Of a stretch of 40,000 nucleotides of DNA, positions 8,876 to 18,841 are shown in pieces. Below the pieces are notes generated by a model. It ran no database searches, had not been told where the DNA came from, and saw nothing but the letters and a program-made list of their open reading frames with translations. Origin of the DNA: Candidatus Altimarinota bacterium (lineage in GTDB: Bacteria > Patescibacteriota > Gracilibacteria > 1-14-2-50-48-13). The first letter of the stretch is position 1, and each line of letters starts with the position of its first letter. The stretch covers positions 823,115-863,114 of the forward strand of contig JBKBWQ010000001.1 in the NCBI GenBank assembly GCA_046314355.1. The letters run 5' to 3'. The translations under genes were made by a program, and so were the position numbers.

Positions 8876-9069
8876 GGGATAATTTTGAAAAGCTAAAGAA
8901 TGGATCAATATAGCTCAAAAAAATTTTATTGGCAAGCTCTGAGACTCAATAATCACATATGGCTTCTACATATCATCTCTAGTAGCCATGATAGAAAGCA
9001 TGATTTATAGTAGAAAATCTTCTTTGTCTATCGTTTTTCTCTTCTTTCTCTTGTAAAAGATACGTCCCA

Positions 9070-10383
9070 TTATTCATATTTTCCTTCATACCACTCTCTC
9101 GAATCAACGATCACATCTCCAATAAAATGCGTAAAATGAAGATGTGGTCCAGTGGCAATTCCAGTTGCACCGACAAGTCCGATTACATCTCCCTTTTTAA
9201 CCATGTCATCCTTTGCAGTCTTTCTCTCAGACATATGCATATACATCGTAAATACATTCTGCCCATGATCTATGATCACCGTATGCCCATAAGAAGGAGT
9301 GTAGTCAGAGAGCACGATTTTACCATTATTTGAAGCATGTACAGGTGTCCCCGTTTTATTCGCGTAATCAATTCCAAAGTGAGAACCTGAAAGACTTCCG
9401 TTGATATAGACCGTATCTCCAAATCCCATGCTCACTTCCCCCTCAGCAGGTACTATGAAATTTCCCTCCCATAATTTTTCCGAATTTGTAGTCTTTTTAG
9501 CTCCATCAATCATTGCCCAGGTCTTGCTATAAGCATCATTGCCAAATAACGTAGTCTTGCTTGGCGGCAGAGAAAAACTCTCTACATTATATTTTCTTTT
9601 TAAAACAGTAATTACTTTCTCAAAGCTTTCCTTCTCACCTCTGAGAGTCTCAGCATTGAGCACTAGTTTTTTGTCACCGATATCATTAATACGATGAAGA
9701 CCTACAAATCCTCTGAAGAATTTTTGAGTAGTTCTTTCCTTGAGATCTGATAAACCTGAAGCTCTTTTAAGTAAGGTCTCAGCCTCAGCGAAGTTGAGGA
9801 ATCTGTCAGGCTTCACAGTACCATCTCCATATCCTTTGAATAATCCTGCCTGCATTGCCTGATACATATATGAGGCGAGTGAATGAGTCGGAGAAAGGTC
9901 AGAAAAAGATAAAGAAATCTCTACTGTTTGAGCAGGTGAAAAAGCAAGCATGAGTATTTTTGCAGCTTGAGCGCGTGTCAGAGGATCATATGTATGAAAT
10001 CTCCCATCCTCGTATCCCTTGATGATACCCAATGTCTGAGCTTTATAAATATCAGTTGCGTATTCCTGTGAGAGTGGGACATCAGGAAATAAAGTACCGC
10101 TTGAGGTATTTATTTCTCCAAAGGAATGATTTTTAAATATGATGGAAAGAAATTCACCTCTGGAGATTGGCTCAAAATCAGAGGGAGTTTGCGTCATTTC
10201 AAAAAGCTTGATCTCTTTACCAGCAAGAGTCCCCTGAACTTTAGCAAGATTATTGCCAGGAATAGCGATCTCCAAAGTCGTCCCCTGCTCTACAGAATCA
10301 GCTAACTGCATATCAAAGGCTGCCGCACTTGTAATACTTAGAAAAGATATACAGAATGCTCCAAATAATAGAATTCTTTTCAT
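9070..10383 (-). CDS. secreted M23 peptidase with two SLH-like repeats
   Basis: Signal peptide from MKRILLFG (ATG at 10383). Two repeats resembling SLH (FPDVP..YATDIY..GIIKGYEDGRF..PLTRAQAAKIL and FSDLS..GLFKGYGDGTVKP). C-terminal M23 motifs HFGIDY and GPHLHF. Confidence 0.8.
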   Translation of the reverse strand: MKRILLFGAFCISFLSITSAAAFDMQLADSVEQGTTLEIAIPGNNLAKVQGTLAGKEIKLFEMTQTPSDFEPISRGEFLSIIFKNHSFGEINTSSGTLFPDVPLSQEYATDIYKAQTLGIIKGYEDGRFHTYDPLTRAQAAKILMLAFSPAQTVEISLSFSDLSPTHSLASYMYQAMQAGLFKGYGDGTVKPDRFLNFAEAETLLKRASGLSDLKERTTQKFFRGFVGLHRINDIGDKKLVLNAETLRGEKESFEKVITVLKRKYNVESFSLPPSKTTLFGNDAYSKTWAMIDGAKKTTNSEKLWEGNFIVPAEGEVSMGFGDTVYINGSLSGSHFGIDYANKTGTPVHASNNGKIVLSDYTPSYGHTVIIDHGQNVFTMYMHMSERKTAKDDMVKKGDVIGLVGATGIATGPHLHFTHFIGDVIVDSREWYEGKYE

Positions 10384-10488
10384 ATATAGTGAGCTACAAA
10401 TAAAATTATCCAAAGGAAGTATACTTAAAATTCTACTCTCATAGATTGCTTTTACAATTCATTTGTCTTTTAGATGTAAAAAAGAAAG

Positions 10489-11562
10489 TTAGGTTCGCAC
10501 CCATTTTGTCCCTTCTACCTTTCGAATCTTTCCGGAAAGCTCCATCATTGTAAGCTCCATTTGAAACTCCTGAACCGTCCCTTCGTATCTACTGAAAATA
10601 TTCTCATGCTCCTCAGGTAAAAAAGAAAAGAGTTCAAGAAATGGTTCTATCATCGTACTTTCTTTGGGACTTTGAGGTACAGAAAATCCTAAAATCTCAA
10701 GTATGCTTTTTGCATCTGTGACAGGATGTGCAGTCCCCTTCTTTAAAAGATCATTCGTGCCTACCGCATATGGTGCAAAAATATTTCCAGGCACCGCAAA
10801 TACTTCTTTCCCTAGATCTACAGCAATCTCAGCAGTAATACACGCTCCAGATTTTTCTCCAGCTTCTACGACTAAAACTCCCTTTGAGAGAGCAGCTATA
10901 ATTCTATTTCTCATAGGAAAATGAAAAGGTTCGGGCATCTTTCCAAGGGGAAATTCAGAGAGAAGTAAGCCGTCTTTTTTAAGCAGTTCCTCCACAAGTT
11001 TCTTATTACTTGAAGGATAGACAATATCTATTCCCGATCCGATGACAGCAATAGTTTTCCCACCATACTCCAGTACTTTTTTGTGAACGTATGAATCTAC
11101 TCCAAAAGCTAGACCGCTAACAATACTAAGATCAACATTCAAAAGATCAGGAAGAAAAGCATCAATAATCTGAGTTCCATATACAGTCATTTTACGGGTA
11201 CCTACAATGGCAAAGTTGTTTGAACTTTCCAGAAGCTTCTTATTTCCTCTTAGATATAATAAGAATGGAGCAGGATTTGTTTCCAAAAAAATTCCAGGAT
11301 ATAAGGGATCTTTCTGAGTAATTAAAAAGATTTCTTTTTCTTTTAGATATTTTTCCATCACCGCTGGAGATATAGTCTCTTTTTTATGAAGAGCTTTTTC
11401 TATCTGGTCATCTTTTATACCTAGCTCTTTTAATATCTTGGCGTCACAAATATCCCATACCTCTTTCCAATCACCATAGTATTTTTCAAAAAGTCTCTGA
11501 AGACGCTTATGGGTCATTCCGGGAAGCAGGTGGAGCAGTGCTAGATAAGGGTTTTGATTCAT
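10489..11562 (-). CDS. dprA: DNA-processing protein DprA (Smf)
   Basis: IVGTRKMTVYG, SGLAFGVDS, GSGIDIVYP, FPMRNRIIAALS, VVEAGEKSG: a typical DprA Rossmann core. Confidence 0.9.
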   Translation of the reverse strand: MNQNPYLALLHLLPGMTHKRLQRLFEKYYGDWKEVWDICDAKILKELGIKDDQIEKALHKKETISPAVMEKYLKEKEIFLITQKDPLYPGIFLETNPAPFLLYLRGNKKLLESSNNFAIVGTRKMTVYGTQIIDAFLPDLLNVDLSIVSGLAFGVDSYVHKKVLEYGGKTIAVIGSGIDIVYPSSNKKLVEELLKKDGLLLSEFPLGKMPEPFHFPMRNRIIAALSKGVLVVEAGEKSGACITAEIAVDLGKEVFAVPGNIFAPYAVGTNDLLKKGTAHPVTDAKSILEILGFSVPQSPKESTMIEPFLELFSFLPEEHENIFSRYEGTVQEFQMELTMMELSGKIRKVEGTKWVRT

Positions 11563-11732
11563 AGATATTAGAAGTTATATAAATACTATGAAGGAAAAGG
11601 AGATTTTTTTCTAAAGAGAAAATCCTATTCTGTTGTTAGCAAATTACAACATATGAATAATAAATTTGTGGTCTTTATCTTGACCTGTATTGTTAATTTT
11701 TCTAGAGTACTTGAAATACTTTTTCTTCTCTC

Positions 11733-12347
11733 ATGCAGCTCCACGAAAACATCAATAAAATAGCAGTCATAGGAACCTTTGGATGCGGGAAGTCCACAGT
11801 GGTTGATGATATCAAAGAAGAATTAAAAGACTCGAAAGCATCAGTACAAATTATAGAGGAATATCCTAAAAAACTTTTTCTTTCCGCTCCATACAATTCC
11901 CTCCCTACAGAGCAATGGCCCAAGGAGTGGTATCAGGAGATCCAAGAGAAAACAATACGGGGCGTAATTGAAGAAGAAAAAGATCTTCATCCTCAAAAAA
12001 AACTCTCTATTGTGGAGAGTTATTGGGCGAATATTCTTCCCTATACTATTTTGAATTTTGGAGAAGGTCACTGCCTCACTTCTCTTGTAAGAAAAAAGCT
12101 AGAAGAGACTTTGGATCAAACATTTTATATATACCTTTCTCATCAATCAATTCCACTAGATACTCTCAACCGACATGCAGATATTAGCTTACGAAATATC
12201 ATTGCGCACCAGATTAAAGATATTCTTACACAGAACAAAGCAAACTACACTTCTCTCGATGAAGATAAGAATGTGAGAAAAAATTATATAAAAGAACTTT
12301 CAGAGACTATTCTTCATTCAGCTCACTATGAGCTTTTGAAGTCTTAG
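11733..12347 (+). CDS. P-loop NTPase (AAA/nucleoside-kinase-like), function unknown
   Basis: Walker A GTFGCGKST near the N-terminus; nothing else diagnostic. The 3' end overlaps rsmI convergently by 41 nt. Confidence 0.5.
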   Translation: MQLHENINKIAVIGTFGCGKSTVVDDIKEELKDSKASVQIIEEYPKKLFLSAPYNSLPTEQWPKEWYQEIQEKTIRGVIEEEKDLHPQKKLSIVESYWANILPYTILNFGEGHCLTSLVRKKLEETLDQTFYIYLSHQSIPLDTLNRHADISLRNIIAHQIKDILTQNKANYTSLDEDKNVRKNYIKELSETILHSAHYELLKS

Positions 12348-13092
12348 GCAGGTATTTCTGTTTCTTTACACGAGGTATTTTTACTGCAGGTTTTTCATCA
12401 CCACTTTCCGACTCATCCCAGTTCTCTGGAGCTATGATCATTACAAATTCTCCTTGGATCTTTGATCGCTGTCTAAAAATAGCATAAAGCTCACTGACAG
12501 TTCCTTTCAGAAACTCCTCGTGGATCTTAGTAAGTTCCCGTGCTAGGACTATCTGACGATCCGGCATAATCAGAGTCATCTTTTCAAGAGTCCGGAGGAT
12601 TCTATATGGCGACTCATAAGTGACGATTGTTTCATTTGTAAGTGTGGCAAATTTTTTGAATAGTGCCTCTCTTCCTTTTTTCGCAGGAAGAAATCCATAG
12701 TACCAAAATCTATTTGTAGGAAGTCCACTTGCCATGAGTGCAGTGAGAAAAGCACTTGCTCCCGGGATAGGAATAACACTTATATTTTCTTTTCGGCAAG
12801 CCTGTATGAGCATATATCCAGGATCTGAGATCCCTGGTGTACCAGCATCTGAGATAATAGCAGCAGACTTCCCTTCTCCCAGCATTCCCATTATTTTTGC
12901 AAGATCCCGTTCTGAGGAATGTGCATGAAAACTAATGAGTGGTTTTGAAATCTCAAAGTGAAAGAGAAGTTTTGAGGAATGACGAGTATCTTCGCAGATA
13001 ATAAAATCCACTGTCTTAAGTGTTTCTAAAGCACGCAGCGTAATATCCTGCAGATTCCCTATCGGAGTTGCTACAATATATAGTGAAGCCAT
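12307..13092 (-). CDS. rsmI: 16S rRNA (cytidine1402-2'-O)-methyltransferase RsmI
   Basis: LYIVATPIGNLQDITLRALETLK..ICEDTRHS..ISDAGTPGISDPG: the tetrapyrrole-methylase-fold RsmI signature. Confidence 0.9.
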   Translation of the reverse strand: MASLYIVATPIGNLQDITLRALETLKTVDFIICEDTRHSSKLLFHFEISKPLISFHAHSSERDLAKIMGMLGEGKSAAIISDAGTPGISDPGYMLIQACRKENISVIPIPGASAFLTALMASGLPTNRFWYYGFLPAKKGREALFKKFATLTNETIVTYESPYRILRTLEKMTLIMPDRQIVLARELTKIHEEFLKGTVSELYAIFRQRSKIQGEFVMIIAPENWDESESGDEKPAVKIPRVKKQKYLPKTSKAHSELNEE

Positions 13093-13093
13093 A

Positions 13094-15424
13094 CTAGAAC
13101 TTCAAGAAAATAAATCCGCTCATTGTACTCATAAACCCTCCAAGCAGTGCAAGCACAATATTCTTCTCATTCTCCACTGGATGAGTATTTGTAAATACTT
13201 CAGATGAAACAACATCACCTTGAACAGCGACATTTGCAGAATATCCTGCGGTAATTTGTGAGACATTCTCTATTGCAATGTCCTTAAGATTCGGAAGAGT
13301 AGTATTACCCGGTGCTTTTACAATAGAAGCAGTAGTTTTCGGCAAAACCTTAACCGTAGATTTAACTGCCGTCTTTACTTGAGTTTTTGCAGAGCTCACT
13401 GTAACCTTTTCATCATTTTTTATATCAACAGTTATAGTCTCCCCTGCTCCAGGATCTGTATATTCTAAAGTATCTATTACAACGCCGTCTTGAGATTTAA
13501 GCGCAATAGTTCCTGAATTTGGAATAGTCTTTGCAATATCTTCACCGGATAGCTTTTTCTTTTCTCCGGAAGCTATAGCGAGAGTAGATTTGAGAGCAGT
13601 ATCCTTATCATTGATACTGATTATAAGTCCATTTAGTTCAACATTATCCTTCCCTGTATTCTGGATTTCAATCCATTCTGATGCCTTTGTATCTGTACCA
13701 TCTGGATTTGGAAACAGAGCAGTTATTTTTAAATCCGAAAAGCCTCCTGCAATTCCCTGGCTAGCTCCTGCTTCTGTCATAATGAAAGGCGCAGATGCAA
13801 AGGACTGTACTTTATTGATATCTGTAATTTTTACTATAAGAGCCATATCAACAACACCGTCGGAATCCCATGAAAAATTTCCTAATGCGTCACTTCTTAC
13901 TTCTGCCACGAATTCTTCACTGGCAGTATATATCCCTACAGTCGCCGCGGGGAGAGTTCTTCCCGTCAGCATACCGTTTGCAGCATGCAGTATGATCATA
14001 TCCGCAAGGAGCTTCTTGTAGAAATACTTCTGAAATCCTCCAGTGAGTTCCTGCCCTTTATCATAGAAATCCGGCAGACCATTTTTGTTGGAATCAAAAC
14101 GGGATGTAAGTGTTCCAAAATACTCTTCGTCATGCTTATTGAGCATATCTCCATCTTTGTCCTCAAGATATGTATAGGCGATAATATTTTCTTTTCCTTG
14201 TGTCGGGAAATCTGTAGCTCCATAGAGCGCCGGGACTTCCTGAGTTGTAAATATTCTTCGAGTATTATTATATCTCGCAAAACTCTGCCCGCCCTTAAGA
14301 GGATAGATATGAATCTCATCTGCAATATTCCGCTCGCTATCCAGCAGATAAAACACATTTGCAGACTGCATCTGTGTTGAGAGGCTTAGTACTTTATAAT
14401 TTTTAGAGTAGAGAAAAGTATTTGCATCAAACTTTATGCATGAGCTCTTTACAGTACATTTTCCTTCCTTCTCAGTAGTGATCATCCATCCACTGATATC
14501 AATTTTTTTCTGTGCAGATGATGTCAGTTCCATCCATGAACTATTATCTATAGTACTGCCTGAGCCTAGATATACTTCGTTGATTTTAGCGCCGTAATTT
14601 TTCACCTTTTGTAGTCCTCGCTCTACTCTAAAATGAGCTTCTTCTATCTTTGAAGATCTCCCTTCCACCACAGCATAGAATAAAATATCCATATCTGCTT
14701 CCAGCACGAGTGGTCCTTTATAGACTTCTTGAGACGCGGGATCAGGATTATTCCCATCGAGCGAATAATAAATATCTGCATCAGGATTAGAACTAGATAA
14801 TATGATCTTTGTTCCAAATGGATATGATCCGTCAATATGATCAGACATAACTTCAAGACTATCCTTCATATTTATATTTCCCGGAGTGGCAGGAGTGGAT
14901 TCAAGGGAACAGAAAAGCAGTTCATAGACATCACAGAATCTACTGAGAGACTTCCCTTTTACAAGATCAGTTTTTGTATACTCAACCATGTCCCGCTCTG
15001 TACCGTCAGTGCTTTTGAGTGTAATAGTATCTCCGCTATTATTCATGCTTACTGACTTCTCAAGCAGTACATATCCCTTTCCACCAATAGTTACTTCATC
15101 GTTTATTGTAAAAATCGTGCCATTCTTGTTTGTTAGAGACCATTTATTCAAAGAGACAGCTTCGGATCCATAATTATAAAGTTCCATGAATTCTTTTTCT
15201 CCCTTGGTAGTATCGGGATTTGCATATACTTCGTTGATAACTACAGTATACACATCTGATGCACCTGCATTATCTGACATACTGTTTATAGTGCCTTTTG
15301 TCGGGATAGTCCATTCCCAGACTCCCTCTTCTGCATAGCTTATCTGCAGGGCACCAGCTAATACAGCTGAAAAAATACACACCTGCAGCACTCTTATTCC
15401 AAATATACTTTTGACGCGGTTCAT
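13094..15424 (-). CDS. large secreted, C-terminally anchored protein with three lamin-tail-domain (LTD) repeats
   Basis: Signal peptide. Three LTD-like segments (VVINEVYANP..EFMELYN, KINEVYLGSG..SWMELTS, LKITALFPNPDG..EWIEIQN). A possible chitobiase-C-like segment (DIYYSLDG). C-terminal TM helix. The stop lies 1 nt from the rsmI start. Confidence 0.75.
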   Translation of the reverse strand: MNRVKSIFGIRVLQVCIFSAVLAGALQISYAEEGVWEWTIPTKGTINSMSDNAGASDVYTVVINEVYANPDTTKGEKEFMELYNYGSEAVSLNKWSLTNKNGTIFTINDEVTIGGKGYVLLEKSVSMNNSGDTITLKSTDGTERDMVEYTKTDLVKGKSLSRFCDVYELLFCSLESTPATPGNINMKDSLEVMSDHIDGSYPFGTKIILSSSNPDADIYYSLDGNNPDPASQEVYKGPLVLEADMDILFYAVVEGRSSKIEEAHFRVERGLQKVKNYGAKINEVYLGSGSTIDNSSWMELTSSAQKKIDISGWMITTEKEGKCTVKSSCIKFDANTFLYSKNYKVLSLSTQMQSANVFYLLDSERNIADEIHIYPLKGGQSFARYNNTRRIFTTQEVPALYGATDFPTQGKENIIAYTYLEDKDGDMLNKHDEEYFGTLTSRFDSNKNGLPDFYDKGQELTGGFQKYFYKKLLADMIILHAANGMLTGRTLPAATVGIYTASEEFVAEVRSDALGNFSWDSDGVVDMALIVKITDINKVQSFASAPFIMTEAGASQGIAGGFSDLKITALFPNPDGTDTKASEWIEIQNTGKDNVELNGLIISINDKDTALKSTLAIASGEKKKLSGEDIAKTIPNSGTIALKSQDGVVIDTLEYTDPGAGETITVDIKNDEKVTVSSAKTQVKTAVKSTVKVLPKTTASIVKAPGNTTLPNLKDIAIENVSQITAGYSANVAVQGDVVSSEVFTNTHPVENEKNIVLALLGGFMSTMSGFIFLKF

Positions 15425-15554
15425 ATGAGTATGGACAACTTAAAAAAACGTGCCCCTAGTCTATCATGACTGCACTCATATACAACTCTTCTCTTCTATT
15501 TAGTGTAGTAATAGTTTAGAAACAATGCTCTTATACCATCACTAGAGCAAATTA

Positions 15555-16676
15555 TTACATTGCAAGTCTCGCAATTGTTGAGATGACCGCATAGGAAGAA
15601 ATCACAATGATTATTCCCATAACTACTCTACGTACTATCCCATATCCCTTTTTCTTATTATCAGGAGTCACTCCCGATGAGACTATAAGTACGCCTGCAT
15701 AGATCAGCATAACTACAGCGATAAAGGACATGAATCCAAGCATATAGTTTGCGATATTCATCAGAAGCGAGATACCATACGCAACATCCGGACCAAGTCT
15801 TGGATTAGACGAAGTAGGAAGACCATATACCGCTTTTACAAAGTACTGTCCCATCATCATCACTACAAGTCCCAGAGCTGTATTGATAAGCCCTTCTCTT
15901 GCAGACTTTATCTTTTCAGGGTCACCTTGAGCAGTAATGATACGGAAAGTAGAAATAATAATAAAGAGAATAGCAAAGGCTGCGACAAAACCGAAGAAAT
16001 AATTGAGAAGCGGATATACTACCTTCTCAGATACAAGTATAGGACTTGTAGCATCCCGGAAGTTGACTACAAATGTTGGATCTGACACCGGAGTCATATG
16101 GACATAAAGATTTGGTGAGGCTGTATAGCATAATTTACCCTGTATCTCTGCAGCAGTACAAGGAATGTTCGTAGCAGCAGTAATAGCATCATTATTCGAA
16201 GTTGGATCAGAATAAATATTTGCCACAAAGAATCTTGCGGAATGCATTACGACCATACCAATTGCAATATCTCTGATCACAGTAAACTGCTTCTTTACAG
16301 CTTCTTCTCCATTCTGGTCAATCACCATCTTCACACCCGCAAGTATTATAAATAATACCGCAATCGCAGTAATAACCCATACTAGGATATCTAGAACAAA
16401 CAGTATGGAGTTTCGGATGACTAGTTCTGGAGCAAGGTCTTGTCCTTGAGTATTCTGTGTAAGCTGTTTATAAATAGTCGGATATTTATTGAGGTTTGTC
16501 GTAGTATCAAGCGCTCCATTAGTTTCACCATACTTGTCAAAAAAATCCTGATAAGTCGTGCTTGCATGAGCACTTTCCATAGAAATAATACCGGAAGAAT
16601 ATACTGCTGCCCCCAATAGAAGTGTACACAGTATAATACTTACAAACCGCAGATGATTTTTAAACAAAGATAGCAT
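15555..16676 (-). CDS. membrane protein with a signal peptide and three tandem TrbC/VirB2-like (CPR T4SS pilin-like) two-helix modules
   Basis: Each module is a hydrophobic helix, a short polar loop with acidic and then KK residues, and a second hydrophobic helix. Examples: AVLFIILAGVKMVIDQNGEEAVKKQF.., FAILFIIISTFRIITAQGDPEKIKSAREG.., IAVVMLIYAGVLIVSSGVTPDNKKKGYG... The pattern matches the single pilin at 27950-28372. Confidence 0.65.
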   Translation of the reverse strand: MLSLFKNHLRFVSIILCTLLLGAAVYSSGIISMESAHASTTYQDFFDKYGETNGALDTTTNLNKYPTIYKQLTQNTQGQDLAPELVIRNSILFVLDILVWVITAIAVLFIILAGVKMVIDQNGEEAVKKQFTVIRDIAIGMVVMHSARFFVANIYSDPTSNNDAITAATNIPCTAAEIQGKLCYTASPNLYVHMTPVSDPTFVVNFRDATSPILVSEKVVYPLLNYFFGFVAAFAILFIIISTFRIITAQGDPEKIKSAREGLINTALGLVVMMMGQYFVKAVYGLPTSSNPRLGPDVAYGISLLMNIANYMLGFMSFIAVVMLIYAGVLIVSSGVTPDNKKKGYGIVRRVVMGIIIVISSYAVISTIARLAM

Positions 16677-17583
16677 TTCGTATAACTTCAGAAACTAAAG
16701 CGTAGGCACTATATGCAATAATAACCGCAAAGATAGTACCTATAAAAATATTTTTAGCCTTTTTGATCCTATCCTCCTGACCATTGGCGGTCACATAGTA
16801 AAAGCCGGCAAGAATCATGAAGAAAAGAGCAATAGGACCCATCACGGTAAGAAGCGCTCCGCCAATATTTAAGATCAGCTCAGTACCCCTCTGAGCACTT
16901 GTGGCACTACTATCTGTAACTCCTGGCGTCAGTTCGTAGCCATTTGGTATAAATACCTTCTGGACTAGATCCGCAATAGTCATCACAAAAAGACCCGTTG
17001 CAATGGCAGTAAGATGCTTCTTTTCTGAATCAATCTTTGTAGACCTTGGTGAGAGAATCTTAAAGCCTGTAAGCACAATAAGCACCACTGATACTGTGGC
17101 CATAGAGAACTTAATGAGATTCAATATGAGATTCAAAAATCCAAGGAAGGCTGATTTACTAAAGAGATCTCCTCCCGATGTAGCTGGATTAAAGATAGAA
17201 AGCCCCAGGTCTCCTATATTGATAATAATAAATCCATAAAGCGCATAGAGGAAAGAATTCTGCTTTTTCTTCAGCATATCTTCATTAGACATATTCATGA
17301 TCATATCCATACCAATGAAAATGATATATCCCACTGCAATTGCCTGAAGAATGATTTTGATGAAATTAATCACCCTAGTCACAAGATAAGTAACCATAGA
17401 CTCGCTGCTTGCACCTGGGGTACCTTCAATCTTAGGCAGATCGATAGAGCTCTCTCCGAAGATTGGGAGACCTGTGGCAGTGGCGTGTGGAATATGCAGG
17501 AGAATAGTAGCAAGCACTGCTGCAGCTGCTCCCATGAGTACATGAATCCAGAGGTTTCTATTGCGTAGTTGAAAAAAAGTCAT
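16660..17583 (-). CDS. paralogous membrane protein with a signal peptide and three tandem pilin-like modules
   Basis: Modules AVGYIIFIGMDMIMNMSNEDMLKKKQN.., VSVVLIVLTGFKILSPRSTKIDSEKKH.., ALFFMILAGFYYVTANGQEDRIKKAKN... The 3' end overlaps the next gene by 17 nt. Confidence 0.65.
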   Translation of the reverse strand: MTFFQLRNRNLWIHVLMGAAAAVLATILLHIPHATATGLPIFGESSIDLPKIEGTPGASSESMVTYLVTRVINFIKIILQAIAVGYIIFIGMDMIMNMSNEDMLKKKQNSFLYALYGFIIINIGDLGLSIFNPATSGGDLFSKSAFLGFLNLILNLIKFSMATVSVVLIVLTGFKILSPRSTKIDSEKKHLTAIATGLFVMTIADLVQKVFIPNGYELTPGVTDSSATSAQRGTELILNIGGALLTVMGPIALFFMILAGFYYVTANGQEDRIKKAKNIFIGTIFAVIIAYSAYALVSEVIRNAIFV

Positions 17584-17649
17584 TAGTCTTGAGGAAAGTA
17601 CGAAGAAGAATTCTTCTTATTATACCATTACCACTCTCACTTTCACAAG

Positions 17650-18681
17650 ATGCAACTTAATGATTTTGATTACGAGCTGCCTGAAAAATATATTGCCCAT
17701 TCCCCTCTTGACCCCAGAGATCATTCAAAACTCATGGTCATCGATAGAAAAACAAGAACCATCACTCATCATCACTTCTATAATCTGCCCGATTTACTAC
17801 CTGCAGACACAGTTTTAGTACGAAATAGTTCTCGGGTTATCAAAGCACGTCTCAAAGGAACTTTACCTACAGGCGGTCATGTGGAGCTCTTCTTTTCTGA
17901 ACCAAAAGGAAAAAAAGGAGGAGTATTTCTCGTGAAACCTGGAAGAAAGTTTAAAGATGGTTCTATGGTAAATGTCACTATTAATGGTGAAAGTCTGCAG
18001 ATCCAAGTACGTGGTGAACTCCCTACTGGTGAACGTGAACTTGTATTTCTCAATCTCCAGTCTACTCTTGAAGATTTTCTGAAAAAGCACGGAGAAATCC
18101 CTCTGCCTCCGTACATCAAACAAGAGGATCCTAATACATTTGAAAAAAGATATCAGACTATGTACGCAAAAGAAGAAGGATCAGTAGCAGCACCTACCGC
18201 AGGTCTGCATTTTACACCTGAAGTAATGAAGAATCTTGAGAACAAAGGAATTAAAGCTTTAGATGTAACACTTCATGTAGGTCTTGGTACATTTCTCCCT
18301 GTTAAAACTGAGAACGTCCTGGAACATCATATGCATGAGGAGCGGTATCATATTGAGGAGAATATCTGGAAAGAAATATTGAAAGCAAAGGAAGAACATC
18401 ATCCTATTCTTTCCATAGGAACAACGACTACACGAGTATTAGAGCATGTAGCAGTTCATCCAGATAACCTCACAGGAGCAACTTCTATTTTCATCTATCC
18501 TCCGTATGAGTTTAAAATAATAGATATGCTGCTTACCAATTTTCACCTTCCGAAAAGTACACTCCTCATACTTATCTCAGCCTTTATCGGAGATCGTGAA
18601 TTTGCACTTCACGCGTATGAAGAGGCGAAGAAGAATGATTACCGGTTCTTTAGTTTTGGTGATGCTATGCTGATTATATAG
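17650..18681 (+). CDS. queA: S-adenosylmethionine:tRNA ribosyltransferase-isomerase QueA
   Basis: FDYELPEKYIAHSP..PRDHSKLMV, APTAGLHFT, LHVGLGTF, GTTTTRVLE: full-length QueA similarity. Confidence 0.93.
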   Translation: MQLNDFDYELPEKYIAHSPLDPRDHSKLMVIDRKTRTITHHHFYNLPDLLPADTVLVRNSSRVIKARLKGTLPTGGHVELFFSEPKGKKGGVFLVKPGRKFKDGSMVNVTINGESLQIQVRGELPTGERELVFLNLQSTLEDFLKKHGEIPLPPYIKQEDPNTFEKRYQTMYAKEEGSVAAPTAGLHFTPEVMKNLENKGIKALDVTLHVGLGTFLPVKTENVLEHHMHEERYHIEENIWKEILKAKEEHHPILSIGTTTTRVLEHVAVHPDNLTGATSIFIYPPYEFKIIDMLLTNFHLPKSTLLILISAFIGDREFALHAYEEAKKNDYRFFSFGDAMLII

Positions 18682-18796
18682 TCTTCATCCCGTTCGAAAC
18701 TGATACTAGAAGCTACCAAGACTTTCACAACAAAATCCAACTCACAATTTGATTAGTACACAAATTAAGAAATATTTATATAAAGGTAATCTCAAA

Positions 18797-18822
18797 AAGA
18801 GCCGTCATATCTGACAGCTCTT
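18797..18822. terminator. hairpin between the convergent queA and glycosyltransferase genes
   Basis: AAGAGCCGTCA-TATC-TGACAGCTCTT (one mismatch) followed by TTATTT. Confidence 0.5.
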
Positions 18823-18841
18823 TTATTTAATATGGAAATTA

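Noticed and set aside
12307-12347. 41-nt convergent overlap of the P-loop NTPase and rsmI 3' ends as a regulatory antisense feature
   Set aside because: It is most simply explained by poorly conserved C-terminal tails in a compact genome. The overlap has no supporting structure or motif.
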